From positions 6,804-70,803 of the forward strand of contig CAUTZD010000003.1 in assembly GCA_963542825.1 (NCBI GenBank): a stretch of DNA of 64,000 nucleotides, in the 5' to 3' direction. The DNA is from an uncultured Acholeplasmataceae bacterium (GTDB lineage Bacteria > Bacillota_I > Bacilli_A > ML615J-28 > CAG-698). Shown here in pieces: positions 28,136 to 39,048 of this stretch. Under the pieces are notes generated by a model. The model was not told the DNA's origin and ran no database searches. It was given only the letters and a program-made list of their open reading frames with translations. Every line of letters begins with the position of its first letter. Positions within the stretch are counted from its first letter, which is position 1. A program made the translations under genes and the position numbers.

Positions 28136-29485
28136 TCACTTTCCTAGGCAAAAGCGCTTGAACATCTCACTTACTACTGTCTCTTCTGTTTGATATCCAA
28201 GTATCATATCAAGCTCAAGAAGCGCCCCTTTTAAATCGATAAGAAGAAGATCAAGGGGCACATGATTTTCTGTTCCCTCTAAAGTGTCTTCTAAGAATTT
28301 ACTAGCTCTTTCAAGGCACGTTACCTGCCTTGTTGTTCCAAGATACGTTTCATCACTTGTATCGATATCATTTAAGTTAAACAATTCAATAATCTTTTTC
28401 TTAATATTTAAAATATCTTTTTGTTTGAACGTTGATATATACAAATGCTCGCCAACCGCTTTACGATCAATTTTTAAAGGCAGGTCGCTTTTGTTAACGA
28501 TAACAATTCGCTTCTTATTGTGAGTTTCTTTAAGAAGAGAAAGATCACTTTCTGTTAAAGCTATGGAACTGTCAAAAACCAAAAACAAAAGATCCGCTTC
28601 TTCGATAACTTTTTGAGCTTTCGTTACCCCTATTTTTTCAGCCTCAGATTCTCCTGTTCTTAGTCCTGCCGTATCAATAAAATGTAAAGGCAGGCCTTCT
28701 ACCGCAATCTCAGCTTCAACAAGGTCACGTGTCGTTCCAGCTTCGCTTGTAACGATCGCTTTTTGATATCCTAACAGTGCATTAAGTAAGCTACTCTTAC
28801 CAGCGTTTGGTTTACCAACGATTCCCGCGTTTATCCCTTTTTGATAAAGCTGCTTATCTTTAGAATATAAAATGATATTTTTAAACTTTTTTAAAAGCTC
28901 GGTAACTTCTGTTTTAATAAGGCCATTTGTTACCTTTTCTTCATCTTCATATTCTGGATAATCGATGTTGACTTCAGCTTTTAAAATAACTTCTAAAAGC
29001 CTTTCTCGCAATTTATCGATTTCGTTTTTCGTTTCTTTAAAAAGCCCTTTACGACTAAGCTTCAAACTTTTTTGTGATTCCGAAGTAATCGTATCCATAA
29101 TCGCCTCGGCTTCCGTTAAATCGATGCGCCCATTTATAAATGCCCTTTTTGTGAACTCCCCAGGCTCAGCTAATCGCGCTCCGTGTTTTAAGCACTCACT
29201 TAAGACCTCTTTTGTAATAAGGTTACCGCCATGCGTATTAATTTCAACAACGTCCTCACACGTATAACTTTTCGGTTTTCTAAAAACACTAACGAGCACT
29301 TCATCAATATTCTCGCCCTTATCATTAACGATATATCCATACGAAATAGTGTGACTTGGTCTTTTGGTTAAATCAGGTCCTTTGAAAATTTTATTAACTA
29401 TTTCGATACTATCATCACCTGATAGTTTGACAATTGCAATTCCGTGATTAGATAAAGCAGTTGCAATCGCTGCGATCGTATCCAT
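28136..29485 (-). CDS. mnmE: tRNA modification GTPase MnmE
   Basis: G-domain GKPNAGKSSLLNALL, DTAGLR and NKSD motifs. C-terminal CLGK. Confidence 0.95.
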   Translation of the reverse strand: MDTIAAIATALSNHGIAIVKLSGDDSIEIVNKIFKGPDLTKRPSHTISYGYIVNDKGENIDEVLVSVFRKPKSYTCEDVVEINTHGGNLITKEVLSECLKHGARLAEPGEFTKRAFINGRIDLTEAEAIMDTITSESQKSLKLSRKGLFKETKNEIDKLRERLLEVILKAEVNIDYPEYEDEEKVTNGLIKTEVTELLKKFKNIILYSKDKQLYQKGINAGIVGKPNAGKSSLLNALLGYQKAIVTSEAGTTRDLVEAEIAVEGLPLHFIDTAGLRTGESEAEKIGVTKAQKVIEEADLLFLVFDSSIALTESDLSLLKETHNKKRIVIVNKSDLPLKIDRKAVGEHLYISTFKQKDILNIKKKIIELFNLNDIDTSDETYLGTTRQVTCLERASKFLEDTLEGTENHVPLDLLLIDLKGALLELDMILGYQTEETVVSEMFKRFCLGK

Positions 29486-29498
29486 ATATTCTCCTTAT

Positions 29499-32072
29499 TT
29501 AGATATCGTATTTCGTTAAAATCTGGGCAGGTGTTTTTCTCAATAATACATTAATTGGAATCATCCCCGCAATAGCGTTTACTAAGAAGATACCGCCGAT
29601 TGTTACAACAAGATACCACCATTCGTAAGTGATAACTCCGAGCTTATCAAAGTTAACAGCAAACATATATCCAACTAAAACTCCAGGAATTGAAGTAAGA
29701 AACGTAAGTAGTAACACTTCAACATAGAAAAGTTTCTTACAGTCAAACTTCTTAATACCAATTGCTCTATATACTCCTATCCGGTAAACCTCATCAATTA
29801 AACTACCCCGCATAATAAGAACAAGGAAAAGGAAGCTAAAGCCAATTAGAAGAATCGGCATAATTAATAGTGAATATCTCCCGCTCATTCTTTCGCGGTT
29901 GAGAGCTGTGTTTTTATTTAAAGTGTTAAGATTTTGGGCACTTCTAATATCAAAAGCTTCTTGATAGTTTTTAACGTTATTATAAAATAGTAGTTTGTAA
30001 GGACTATTATCTAAAACCGTATTATAAACTTCAGCCATCGTCTTACGACTGACAACATATTTTTGGCTACTTGAGAATCCAATAACCTCGTATTTCTTGC
30101 CTCGCGGCATTTGATAATAAAGCTTTCCGTCTTCAACTGAAAATTCTGAACCACTAAGATTTTCCTTTATATGGTCAAAATAACCATAGCCGTTACTAAT
30201 TGCTGTTGATAACAAAGGAATAATTATTTTATCAACACCTAAAACCGTTTCCTCTTTATCTAGGTTTACTGTTTCAACCTTTTCGTAGTTAACAAAGTTT
30301 GTCGTAATTGTTTGAAATTTTTTAATGTTTTCAGTAATCGATGAATCAAAAGTTTTAATCTTGTCAGCATCATGAAGTGGATAATAGCTTTCCCCAAGGC
30401 TATTTAAAACTTTAATTGGCTTATTGATTTTTTTCTCATTGATCAAATAAAAGCCTATAGCATTTAGTGGATGAACGAAGAAATAGTAATCATCAATATC
30501 AGAAATACCAACAATTTTTAATTTCTTTCCATCATAGCTATATTCGCTATTTATATATCTATCAAGATAATTTTTCGAATTGAATATTTCTTTTTGCCGG
30601 TTGGCATGCTGCTTTAAGCTTTTTTTCGTTACAACAATTTCGTTATCATTTTCCGGCATTCTTCCAGAGCTTAAAGACTTCGCAATTTTTTCTCTTGAAA
30701 AACCACCAATCTCGTATTTACTGTCTTCAATAGGAACAACAGACCCCTTGATCGTTTCCCGAGTGTCTTCGCCAAAGAAAGTTGTCAGCGATCCAATTGT
30801 TTCTTCATAGCCATACTTATAATCATATGGAGCAATAAAGTTTTCCCCATGAAACTTTTGATTTCTGTCTTTAAGATCTTGTAAACTTTCCGACCCTTCA
30901 TACGCATAAGCACTATCAGCAACGCCTTTATAATTATCAGGCTTTCGGTAAAATACTCCCATTAACGAGCTGACAGCAAAAACAGAAACAAATCCAATAA
31001 ATATGAGTCCAAAATACATGAACTTGCGTCCAAGTTTTGGGAAAAAGATGCGTTTAAGTGCCACTTTGAGAGCTTGGAAAAAACTGATTGCTGAACGTTT
31101 TTTAGTCACTTTTAGTGGCTTCAGAGCAAAATCTTTAACTTCTGATTCTGGCTTTTCAGTTTCCACATGTTCAAGAATCTTAATTGAATTAACTTCGTTT
31201 ACAAGAATTGGCTGAGTGTTCGCATTTTTTAAATCGATATATAGATTACCGTTTTTGGCAATCAAACGAATCTTAACTTTTTCTTCGCCTTCGTGATAGT
31301 ATTCAAGATCGATACTAGGGTTACTAAAACTTGATTTATCAAGCGTATCTAAATAAATGTTGTCGGTATGAAGAAGACTTAGCTTTTTATCTTCAGTGTT
31401 TGCTGCTATAGCTTCTGCCTTACCATCGATCATCTCAACTATATAGTCTGAGTAGAAAAGCCCAAGTTCCTTATTATGAGTAACTAAAATAACTAATCTT
31501 GTTTTACTGACAGCTTTAATGATATCCATAACCATTCGGCTGTTTTTATCGTCAAGGTTTCCTGTTGGTTCATCAGCAAAAATAATATCTGGAGATTTAA
31601 CAATCGCTCTCGCAATTGCTACCCGTTGCTGCTGCCCGCCAGACAGCTGTTTAGCTTTTCGGTGTTCAAATTTTTCAAGACCAACAACTTTCAAAGCTTC
31701 AGTAATTCGCTCTTTTTGTTCTGGTTCTGGAACTCTTAAAATATCAAGAACGATTCGCAAATTATCATAAACCGTCTCATCGTTTAAAAGAACATAATTT
31801 TGAAAAACATATCCGATATGCGATATCCTTAGGTTATCCCACTTATTAGCCTGGTATCTTTTGAACATGGCATTATCAATTTCAATAATCCCTGAAGAGT
31901 TTTTATCAAGTCCAGATAGCACATTTAAAAATGTTGTCTTACCACATCCTGATGGACCCATCAAACAAACAAGACCGGTTTCAGGAAACTCCATATTAAT
32001 ATTGTTGAGAGCGTGGACTTCGTTCGCTTTGTTTTTATTAAAAAATTTATTTATCGCATGTACTTTAATCAT
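29499..32072 (-). CDS. ABC transporter ATP-binding/FtsX-type permease fusion (MacB-like topology)
   Basis: N-terminal ABC ATPase ([33 protein letters not shown]), then TM1, a roughly 350-aa extracytoplasmic domain and three C-terminal TM helices. Confidence 0.8.
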   Translation of the reverse strand: MIKVHAINKFFNKNKANEVHALNNINMEFPETGLVCLMGPSGCGKTTFLNVLSGLDKNSSGIIEIDNAMFKRYQANKWDNLRISHIGYVFQNYVLLNDETVYDNLRIVLDILRVPEPEQKERITEALKVVGLEKFEHRKAKQLSGGQQQRVAIARAIVKSPDIIFADEPTGNLDDKNSRMVMDIIKAVSKTRLVILVTHNKELGLFYSDYIVEMIDGKAEAIAANTEDKKLSLLHTDNIYLDTLDKSSFSNPSIDLEYYHEGEEKVKIRLIAKNGNLYIDLKNANTQPILVNEVNSIKILEHVETEKPESEVKDFALKPLKVTKKRSAISFFQALKVALKRIFFPKLGRKFMYFGLIFIGFVSVFAVSSLMGVFYRKPDNYKGVADSAYAYEGSESLQDLKDRNQKFHGENFIAPYDYKYGYEETIGSLTTFFGEDTRETIKGSVVPIEDSKYEIGGFSREKIAKSLSSGRMPENDNEIVVTKKSLKQHANRQKEIFNSKNYLDRYINSEYSYDGKKLKIVGISDIDDYYFFVHPLNAIGFYLINEKKINKPIKVLNSLGESYYPLHDADKIKTFDSSITENIKKFQTITTNFVNYEKVETVNLDKEETVLGVDKIIIPLLSTAISNGYGYFDHIKENLSGSEFSVEDGKLYYQMPRGKKYEVIGFSSSQKYVVSRKTMAEVYNTVLDNSPYKLLFYNNVKNYQEAFDIRSAQNLNTLNKNTALNRERMSGRYSLLIMPILLIGFSFLFLVLIMRGSLIDEVYRIGVYRAIGIKKFDCKKLFYVEVLLLTFLTSIPGVLVGYMFAVNFDKLGVITYEWWYLVVTIGGIFLVNAIAGMIPINVLLRKTPAQILTKYDI

Positions 32073-32074
32073 CG

Positions 32075-34456
32075 TTATTTACCTCGAGCTCCGGCTAATA
32101 GTTTCTTTTTGTTGAGTGAACGGTAATACCTTAGAATAACAAATCCAAAGACAATAAAGCACAAAACAAAGAGAACTAAATAGTCATACCAAATAAACAA
32201 AGCTCCAAAAGCTCTGTACATCTCCGATTCCTTGAAAAACGAAAGCGATAAAAACATCGTCACAACGCAGGCATACGAAATAAGGAAAGTCCAAAGCATC
32301 TCAAAGATAATTACAAACCCAACATTAGATGACGGTAGTCCGAGTATCTTCATGATTTTATACTCAGTATTTTTACTTCGTAAAATGATTCTATAAATTA
32401 AATAGCTAATGTAGTAAACACCAAGGACAATTAAGAAAATGAAGAAACGCAAGAAGAAGACACCAGCTTTATTAATATTATCAAACTCATTATCTCCATT
32501 TTTCACGCTTTGATAAACGAAGCCGTCTTTCAAAATTTCTTCTAAAACTTTCTTGTTCTCGTTTTTAGGATAGAAAATAACTTTATTAACGCTATCAAAT
32601 ATTTCTAAAGCTTCTCCGTATAAACTCTCACTTAAGAAGATCGTTTTGTTACTAATTGTCTTACCTTGAGCACGGAGTGTTTCATAAACGCTTACCTTAT
32701 TAGCAAACATCATTTCTTCCTTAGTTCCATCTGCTTTGGTAATTGTTTTTTTGATTACCGGCGTTACTTTATCTGTATACTCTAGTGTACTTTCATAGCT
32801 TAGATGCCCTAAACTGTTTTTAAAAAGCGTGTAAGCGTCTTTGCTGAAACTAACCTCGTCTTTAGCTAAAAGATTAGTAAAAATGATATTTTCAAATACT
32901 GCCCCCTTAAAAAGGATATCCTGGTTTTGTAGTGGCCCAACGCAGCCCTCATATTCCATCGATACCTTTTTGTCGTTTGCAAGTAGTCTTGCTGACCCAA
33001 ACCGTTCAAAAGCGTAATATTCTTTATAAGCCTCTGGTTTTAGAAAGACAATTGCATTCACCATCATGTCGCTTGAAAGATTTCTCACAACACCTACAAC
33101 CTTAACGGTTGCCCGCTTTTTAACAAGTTCCTGAGTCACCGGGGCATTTGTCCCTAAAATAGCGTGGCCTCCCTTTCCATCAGGCCTCAAATATTGTACA
33201 GGCGTCAGTAAAAGTTTCCCTTCACCTATTAGTTTCCTTTGTTCGTTATTTAACTCATTGAAAAACGCTTCTGATATAACCGCTTCGTCATTTTCAGCTG
33301 GTTTACGTCCATAATAAAGCTGACGCTTGTTATCGTGCTCTTCAAACGGTAATATCATACTAACTACGGCACTAACATCCTCTGCATTAGATAAATCAGT
33401 ATTAGGATCTTTATAAATGAAAACCTTCGAATTATAAACAGTTCCGTATTTTCGGTTATAAACAGTTCCTTTAGTTTTTAGATATTCATAATCTTTACTT
33501 GATAGACTGTTATTTGCTTTCTCAGTTTGTTTATGTCCAACATAATAAGCTTTATCATAATAATTAGTGCTAGAACCAAGAAAAGACCTTCTCGTTGCCG
33601 CGTTGATTGCTCCATAACCAAGCACAATTAAAAAGATTGTAACAAATGCCGTCATGAACATGAAAATGGCTTTTTTGGGCTGTGAAAAGAGATTCGTGGT
33701 CGCAAGTAAAAATCCACGCTTAAGACGTTTAACTTTTTTCTCTTCTTTTAATATTTTAACTTCGCCTGTTTTTTCTGTTTCTTTAGTTTTAACGTCTTCA
33801 ATAATTTTCCCATCGAACAAGCGAATGTGTCTTGTTGAAAATTCTTTCATTTCTTCAAAGCTATGACTAACAACAACAACAAGCTTCTCCTTAGAGATCT
33901 CGTGAAGTATCGCAAGAATAGCATGAGAATTTTCTTGATCAAGGTTCCCAGTTGGTTCATCAGCAACGATAATTTTCGTGTCTTTCGCTAAAACCCGGGC
34001 AATCGCTAAACGCTGCTTTTCACCACCCGATAGCCTACTTGCTTTCGTTTTTATCCGTTTTTCAAGGCCAACACGCTTAATAATATCTAAAGCTCTTTTT
34101 TGATATTCCTTACGACTAAAGCCTTGAATAATAAGAGCCATTTCGACATTTTGCCGAACTGAAAAACTATCGACTAAATTATAGTTTTGGAAGATAAAAC
34201 CAACATTGTTTCTTCGGTATTCTTCCCAGTCTTCTTTCGAGTAATATGTCGTATCTTCACCATCGATGTACATAATACCACCTTCATAGGTGTCGATACC
34301 ACTGATTACATTTAAAAGTGTTGACTTACCACTACCAGACTCACCAGTGATTGTAATAAACTCGTTTTCTGTAATTTCAAGGTTGACGTTATCAAGAGCT
34401 TTAACAACCCCGCTTTCGCTCGTATAGTACTTAAAAATTTTTTCTAATTTTATCAT
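32075..34456 (-). CDS. ABC transporter ATP-binding/FtsX-type permease fusion, tandem paralog
   Basis: [34 protein letters not shown], then a permease region with four TM helices. The stop is 2 nt upstream of the downstream paralog start. Confidence 0.8.
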   Translation of the reverse strand: MIKLEKIFKYYTSESGVVKALDNVNLEITENEFITITGESGSGKSTLLNVISGIDTYEGGIMYIDGEDTTYYSKEDWEEYRRNNVGFIFQNYNLVDSFSVRQNVEMALIIQGFSRKEYQKRALDIIKRVGLEKRIKTKASRLSGGEKQRLAIARVLAKDTKIIVADEPTGNLDQENSHAILAILHEISKEKLVVVVSHSFEEMKEFSTRHIRLFDGKIIEDVKTKETEKTGEVKILKEEKKVKRLKRGFLLATTNLFSQPKKAIFMFMTAFVTIFLIVLGYGAINAATRRSFLGSSTNYYDKAYYVGHKQTEKANNSLSSKDYEYLKTKGTVYNRKYGTVYNSKVFIYKDPNTDLSNAEDVSAVVSMILPFEEHDNKRQLYYGRKPAENDEAVISEAFFNELNNEQRKLIGEGKLLLTPVQYLRPDGKGGHAILGTNAPVTQELVKKRATVKVVGVVRNLSSDMMVNAIVFLKPEAYKEYYAFERFGSARLLANDKKVSMEYEGCVGPLQNQDILFKGAVFENIIFTNLLAKDEVSFSKDAYTLFKNSLGHLSYESTLEYTDKVTPVIKKTITKADGTKEEMMFANKVSVYETLRAQGKTISNKTIFLSESLYGEALEIFDSVNKVIFYPKNENKKVLEEILKDGFVYQSVKNGDNEFDNINKAGVFFLRFFIFLIVLGVYYISYLIYRIILRSKNTEYKIMKILGLPSSNVGFVIIFEMLWTFLISYACVVTMFLSLSFFKESEMYRAFGALFIWYDYLVLFVLCFIVFGFVILRYYRSLNKKKLLAGARGK

Positions 34457-34478
34457 TATAAGCCTCCGCCTCTTAGAA

Positions 34479-34507
34479 ATTATACTTGATTTACTTTTTA
34501 AGTAAAG
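34479..34507 (-). promoter_or_regulatory. Promoter of the tandem ABC-fusion genes with an overlapping palindromic operator
   Basis: -10 TATAAT (complement of 34479-34484). -35 TTTACT lies within the perfect palindrome TTTACTT-AAAA-AGTAAA (34490-34506). Confidence 0.45.
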
Positions 34508-34623
34508 AGAAAGTCCAAATTTCCTGCTTTTTAAGCCTTATAAATACTCTATTTTTATAGCGTTTTTAAAATCTTAAACCGTTTCTACAATAAAGTAAAA
34601 TCTACCTACAAAAATATTTTAAT

Positions 34624-34652
34624 TGCTTTTGCGCGTGTTTTCGACTATAATA
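34624..34652 (+). promoter_or_regulatory. Sigma-A-type promoter of the Fic gene (TTGCTT-17-TATAAT)
   Basis: TTGCTT at 34624-34629, 17-nt spacer, TATAAT at 34647-34652. An RBS GAGAGGTG precedes the ATG at 34679. Confidence 0.6.
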
Positions 34653-34678
34653 TTATCGAGAGGTGTTATTAACAAATT

Positions 34679-35362
34679 ATGGATAAATTAGAAACCCTAA
34701 AAAAAGCTAAAGCTGAGGTTATTCAATCATTCGCGCCAACTAACGAATTTTTAGCAAAATTTATTACTAGTCAATTTGGGTTTGAGGAAGATGGATTAGA
34801 TGAAATTGAAGTTTTGAAAGTTCTCGAAGATAAGAAATCAAAACTTACTGTCCAAATGCAAAAAGGTATTTTAAACGAAAAGGAAGCCTTTTTGAAAATT
34901 TTCGATATGGCTAAACAAGGTGAAGACATGGATGAAAAACATTTAAAAGATATTCACGCAATCTTGCTAAAAGATTTAAATCCTCTTGGAGGACTATATC
35001 GCCAGGTAAATATTAGTGTTAAAGGCAGTTCGTACATCCCGCCTCATTTTTTAAAAGTGTATGATAAAATGAATAAATACTTTGTTGAAACTTTAAATCC
35101 GTTTGGCAATTTATATGAAAACATCAGTTATGCTCACCTGCAGCTAACAAAGGTTCGCCCATTTATTGATGCCAATGGCCGCCTTGCAAGAATTGTACTT
35201 AACTATCATCTCATTAAAAACGGTTTTCTACCAATTATTATTAACCATAAAAAACCTCAAGAATACTTTGCTTTACTTGAAGAGTTCAAAGTCCAAAAAA
35301 ACATTAAACCGTTTGTTGAATATTTAATAAAAGAAGAAGCTCTCGTTTTGGAAGCTTTATAA
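34679..35362 (+). CDS. Fic/Doc-family protein with a degenerate active-site motif (RPFIDANGRLAR)
   Basis: Fic fold signature ...AYAHLQLTKVRPFIDANGRLARIVLNYHL. The canonical HPFx[DE]GNGRxxR has His replaced by Arg and the first Gly replaced by Ala. Confidence 0.75.
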   Translation: MDKLETLKKAKAEVIQSFAPTNEFLAKFITSQFGFEEDGLDEIEVLKVLEDKKSKLTVQMQKGILNEKEAFLKIFDMAKQGEDMDEKHLKDIHAILLKDLNPLGGLYRQVNISVKGSSYIPPHFLKVYDKMNKYFVETLNPFGNLYENISYAHLQLTKVRPFIDANGRLARIVLNYHLIKNGFLPIIINHKKPQEYFALLEEFKVQKNIKPFVEYLIKEEALVLEAL

Positions 35363-35367
35363 TATGT

Positions 35368-35397
35368 AAAAGACACAGGATCATGCCTGTGTCTTTT
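35368..35397. terminator. Bidirectional terminator between fic and the convergent membrane-protein gene
   Basis: AAAGACACAGG-atcatg-CCTGTGTCTTTT. Confidence 0.6.
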
Positions 35398-36391
35398 CTA
35401 TTGCTTCTTCAGTCATTATAATTTCTTTCCTAAGTTCTTCTTTATCTTTCTTTTTCTTGAGGAAATACAAAACAAAATTCGTGATAAACAAAAGACTCAC
35501 AAGAACTGTAAAAACCCATATAGTAATGAAACGACCAAGTCCGTAAATTCTTACTCCGGCGATCAGAAGCACTGCTGGATAATGAATCACAGAAAAACCA
35601 AAGTAAATGATTTCTAAAATGATTCCAATAAATCCTTCCTTTTGCTTCTTTGGATCGACAATTGAACTAGCTTGTAAAGCTAAACCAACCATTAATAAGA
35701 TATCAAGCGCTACAATAAATGAATGATAAAAATGTCTGATTTTTGTTGGTTTGTCTTTAAACGTTTCCGAACCCGGAAACACTTTTTTAAAAAATTCTTC
35801 TAAAGTTAATATTTCATGTAATGCTTGTACATGTAGAAAAAGCACAGCAGCAAGAACAACAAAAATAATAAAATGCGCTTTTTTAAGTTTACTATTAAGT
35901 AAATCCTTATATCTAATAACCTTTTCTTTTTCATCTTCTTTAACTTTGACATGTGTTAAGAAAATATGTAGTACTATATTAAAAGCGATGATTAAAAAGA
36001 ATAATATATAAATAAACGACCACCCAGAGACACCTAAAATAGCAAAGAATTCAACAGCATCAGGAAATACAATATTAATCACAATAAAATCAATAAATAA
36101 CAAGATATTAAAACTATATGAGATTATTGAAAATATAAATCTTCTTTTGTTAGGATTTAAATGCACAAGTGTTAATTGAACACCATATCCAAAGAAAACC
36201 AGAAAAGCTGGCAATATTATAGTCAAAAAAGGCGTTAGGCCAATATCATCAAAGATATATTCTAGAAATTCGAAGTAGTAGTCCACGATAGTAAAGTAAA
36301 AGATTATCGGTAAATAAAAAAGAAGGCAGATGATTCCCGTTAAAAATAGTATCGTAGATAAGATTTTTTTTGTGTTTTTCGTGATATTCAT
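35381..36391 (-). CDS. Polytopic membrane protein, member of a three-copy paralog family in this window
   Basis: Shares GYGVQ.TL..L.PNK.RFIFSI.SY, IFLTH.K.. and a C-terminal FI.RKQNK with the ORFs at 61750-62757 and 62741-63691. Confidence 0.55.
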   Translation of the reverse strand: MNITKNTKKILSTILFLTGIICLLFYLPIIFYFTIVDYYFEFLEYIFDDIGLTPFLTIILPAFLVFFGYGVQLTLVHLNPNKRRFIFSIISYSFNILLFIDFIVINIVFPDAVEFFAILGVSGWSFIYILFFLIIAFNIVLHIFLTHVKVKEDEKEKVIRYKDLLNSKLKKAHFIIFVVLAAVLFLHVQALHEILTLEEFFKKVFPGSETFKDKPTKIRHFYHSFIVALDILLMVGLALQASSIVDPKKQKEGFIGIILEIIYFGFSVIHYPAVLLIAGVRIYGLGRFITIWVFTVLVSLLFITNFVLYFLKKKKDKEELRKEIIMTEEAIEKTQA

Positions 36392-37380
36392 TCGGTAATC
36401 TCTTTACTGATACTTTTAACATTATTAATGAAAACATTGTTCTTATTAATCCATTCTACAAAAACTTTTTTTCTAAGTACAAAAGGAATTTCTGGTGTTG
36501 GTGAATTATTGGCAAAATCTTTCCCACAAAATTTACAATATCTTTTAAAACCGTTATTGACTGTAAAATGCTGCTTTTTGCCGATTTCCTCTCCGCAATA
36601 ACAAATATTTACGTGATATTGCTCGTCATATACTCTATAATAACAATAGTGGCAGTCATCTAAACAACTGTGACTTCCTATGAAAATTTTTTTAAATAAT
36701 TCACACTCAATCATTTCCAATGGTATCATCATAAACATAAAATAATGAATCGGGAAAACTTGGCAATATGCAAACTTAACCAAAGTCACACAGTTAAACG
36801 TTTCAAGATTGTATGTGGTTCCTAGTTTACTCTTCAAATAATTAACGATTATACTTCTTTTGCTATTATCAATGTTTTTAGGTTTGTATATCTCACCTTT
36901 CCGTTCACTGAAACGATATTCATCTAACATCCCATAGCAAACGTTATATCCCTTAGCGTTTTCAATTAATTCTATATAATATTTATTATATCGATAATCG
37001 AATTTAATTCCTGTAATTATTGCCACATGCCCTTGTCCTGCTGCTGCATTTTTTTCATAATAAAGATCTCCTATTTCGACAAGATCAAGAAGATTTTTAT
37101 TGCCAAAAATAGGTGTCGTTTTGAGACCATCATCGATTTTATAATAATTTTTCATCCATTCAGGTGCTTCAGATGAAGACATCGCCTCAAATTCATTTTC
37201 CGTTTCGTGAATTGAATCGAAATTTTCTGTAATTTCGCTTTCAGCAACACAATCCTCGCACGCTTTTATTCTAGCTGAATTAAAGAACGCAAAGAAAGAA
37301 AAAAGAAAAACCAAAGCAATAGCAAAGAAGGCTTTCATTATTTTGTTTAAGCTTCTTTTGTTTAATTTCATAGAAATCAA
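36388..37380 (-). CDS. Secreted or membrane-anchored Cys-rich protein, possibly a permuted papain-like (LRAT/YaeF-type NlpC/P60) domain
   Basis: N-terminal signal/TM. A His block (GQGHVAIITG) precedes a Cys block (ETFNCVTLVKFAY), resembling the NCEHF-type permuted NlpC/P60 order. The C-terminal region has at least 10 Cys (CHYCYY...CYCGEE...CKFCGK). Confidence 0.4.
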   Translation of the reverse strand: MISMKLNKRSLNKIMKAFFAIALVFLFSFFAFFNSARIKACEDCVAESEITENFDSIHETENEFEAMSSSEAPEWMKNYYKIDDGLKTTPIFGNKNLLDLVEIGDLYYEKNAAAGQGHVAIITGIKFDYRYNKYYIELIENAKGYNVCYGMLDEYRFSERKGEIYKPKNIDNSKRSIIVNYLKSKLGTTYNLETFNCVTLVKFAYCQVFPIHYFMFMMIPLEMIECELFKKIFIGSHSCLDDCHYCYYRVYDEQYHVNICYCGEEIGKKQHFTVNNGFKRYCKFCGKDFANNSPTPEIPFVLRKKVFVEWINKNNVFINNVKSISKEITE

Positions 37381-37439
37381 CCTCCTAACTTATTATCCTG
37401 TGTCTTTATTTTTTTGTCAATACAAATAACGTTTTAAAA

Positions 37440-37478
37440 AATCCCCTTTAGTTGCTATCCAACTTTGGGGGATTTTTG
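37440..37478 (-). terminator. jag terminator
   Basis: AAAATCCCC-...-GGGGATTTTT palindrome after the jag stop. Confidence 0.65.
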
Positions 37479-37490
37479 TTGAGATTTGTA

Positions 37491-38096
37491 TTACTCTGCT
37501 TTGGGTTCAATAATTAACTTACGCTCAAGTCCTTCGCCTTCAGAATGTGTAAAGACGTTTTTAGAACGAGAAAGTTTATCATGGATTATTTTTCTTTGAT
37601 AAGGATTAAGATTACTTAATTCGATTTTTTGTTTAGAGGTTGCAACTTCTTTTGCATATTGAACAGCCATCCGTTCTAGCCTATGAATCTGTCTTGTCTT
37701 GTATTCACCAACATCAATTTGCACGATTTTTTGTTCATCAGCATTATAGTAAGAATTGATAATTGTTTCAACAATAACTTGTAAAGCTCGTAAGTGCTGA
37801 GAGTTTTTTCCGATTAAAACGCCATTAAATTCATCAGCTTCGATGTTGAAACTAATTTGGTTATCGCGAACTCTTTTTTCAATTGCTCCGCCCTGCTGAT
37901 TTTCAATTAAGAGCATTTGCAAAAAATCACGTCCTTTTAAAACACCATCAGCTGTTGTCTTAACTTCAACTGTTAGTTCTTTTTTATTGTCTTCGATAAT
38001 ATTAGCTTCAAGATCGTCTTTCTGAATTCCTAAATCATTAGGTGCAATCTTCCAAACTTCTTCAAGTTTTTTAACTGTGTAGATTTTTGATTTCAT
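37491..38096 (-). CDS. jag: RNA-binding protein Jag/KhpB (KH plus R3H)
   Basis: 201 aa. Located immediately downstream of yidC, as in Firmicutes. Confidence 0.8.
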   Translation of the reverse strand: MKSKIYTVKKLEEVWKIAPNDLGIQKDDLEANIIEDNKKELTVEVKTTADGVLKGRDFLQMLLIENQQGGAIEKRVRDNQISFNIEADEFNGVLIGKNSQHLRALQVIVETIINSYYNADEQKIVQIDVGEYKTRQIHRLERMAVQYAKEVATSKQKIELSNLNPYQRKIIHDKLSRSKNVFTHSEGEGLERKLIIEPKAE

Positions 38097-38097
38097 T

Positions 38098-39048
38098 TTA
38101 TATCGTGCCCTCCTTTTTCTTGTTGAGCTTCTCTTCCATTTTCTTTTTCCGTTTTTCCTGTGTTTCTGTACTTAGTATCTGTTGTAAAGAAGAATATATG
38201 TTACCAACAAGCCAGTAAAAACCAAGGGCTGCCGGACGCAGTACAACAAACACAACCATCATTATCGACATACCATACATCATCACATTCATAATGACTG
38301 CTTGAGACTTTTGCTTGTCAGTTTGTTTGGGTCTTCGGTACTCTGGAATATCAGAAACAACTGTTTGTTTTTGCTTTCTTTGGGTGTACTGTGAATAAAT
38401 TACTGTAAAAATTTGCGTTAAACCAACTAAAATGGCGAGAATAATAATTCCCCATAACTGAATTGTGCTCCCTTCACGCCCCTTAAATAGATCGATACTT
38501 CCAATCATGTGGTTCGTGAAAAGACTGCCAGCCCATCCGCCTTTTTCATAGGTCACAGGAATTCGATACAAAGTGTCGAAAAAGCCAATGAAGATTGGAA
38601 ACTGAAGAAGCGGAAGCAGGCATCCACCAATACCAATGCCGTGTTTTTTATACACTTGCCTAAGTTCTAATGACATTCTCTGCCGGGTTTGTGGATCTTT
38701 ACTTGCTCCCGTTGCTTGATACTTTTGGTTAATTTTATCGATTTCTGGTTGAGCGAGCTGCATCTTCAAACTAAGGTCGGTTGTCTTGGCGTAGATTGGC
38801 CAAGCAAGCGTCCGCACAATAATCGTTGTAAAAAGAATCGCTAAAGCATAATTACCAAGACACACCTTACCAACAAGCCACATCAGCCCTGCCATCGGAT
38901 AAACAAAAATATCAAAAAATCCCGTAAATCCTTCGATTGGTCTAGCGCCTGTATCACCCTTTCGACAACCTGCTAAAAGGAACAAAACACCAATGAATAT
39001 AAAAATAGTTAACGTTTTTCGTAAATATTTATTCATGCTTCTTTTCAC
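38098..39048 (-). CDS. yidC: Membrane protein insertase YidC/SpoIIIJ (lipoprotein type)
   Basis: Lipobox FLLAGC. Conserved YidC core. C-terminal basic tail KRKKKMEEKLNKKK. Confidence 0.9.
   Translation of the reverse strand: MKRSMNKYLRKTLTIFIFIGVLFLLAGCRKGDTGARPIEGFTGFFDIFVYPMAGLMWLVGKVCLGNYALAILFTTIIVRTLAWPIYAKTTDLSLKMQLAQPEIDKINQKYQATGASKDPQTRQRMSLELRQVYKKHGIGIGGCLLPLLQFPIFIGFFDTLYRIPVTYEKGGWAGSLFTNHMIGSIDLFKGREGSTIQLWGIIILAILVGLTQIFTVIYSQYTQRKQKQTVVSDIPEYRRPKQTDKQKSQAVIMNVMMYGMSIMMVVFVVLRPAALGFYWLVGNIYSSLQQILSTETQEKRKKKMEEKLNKKKEGTI

Noticed and set aside
36249-36437. 62-aa ORF overlapping the junction of two minus-strand genes
   Set aside because: It is out of frame with the 36388-37380 CDS and has no RBS. 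Likely spurious.
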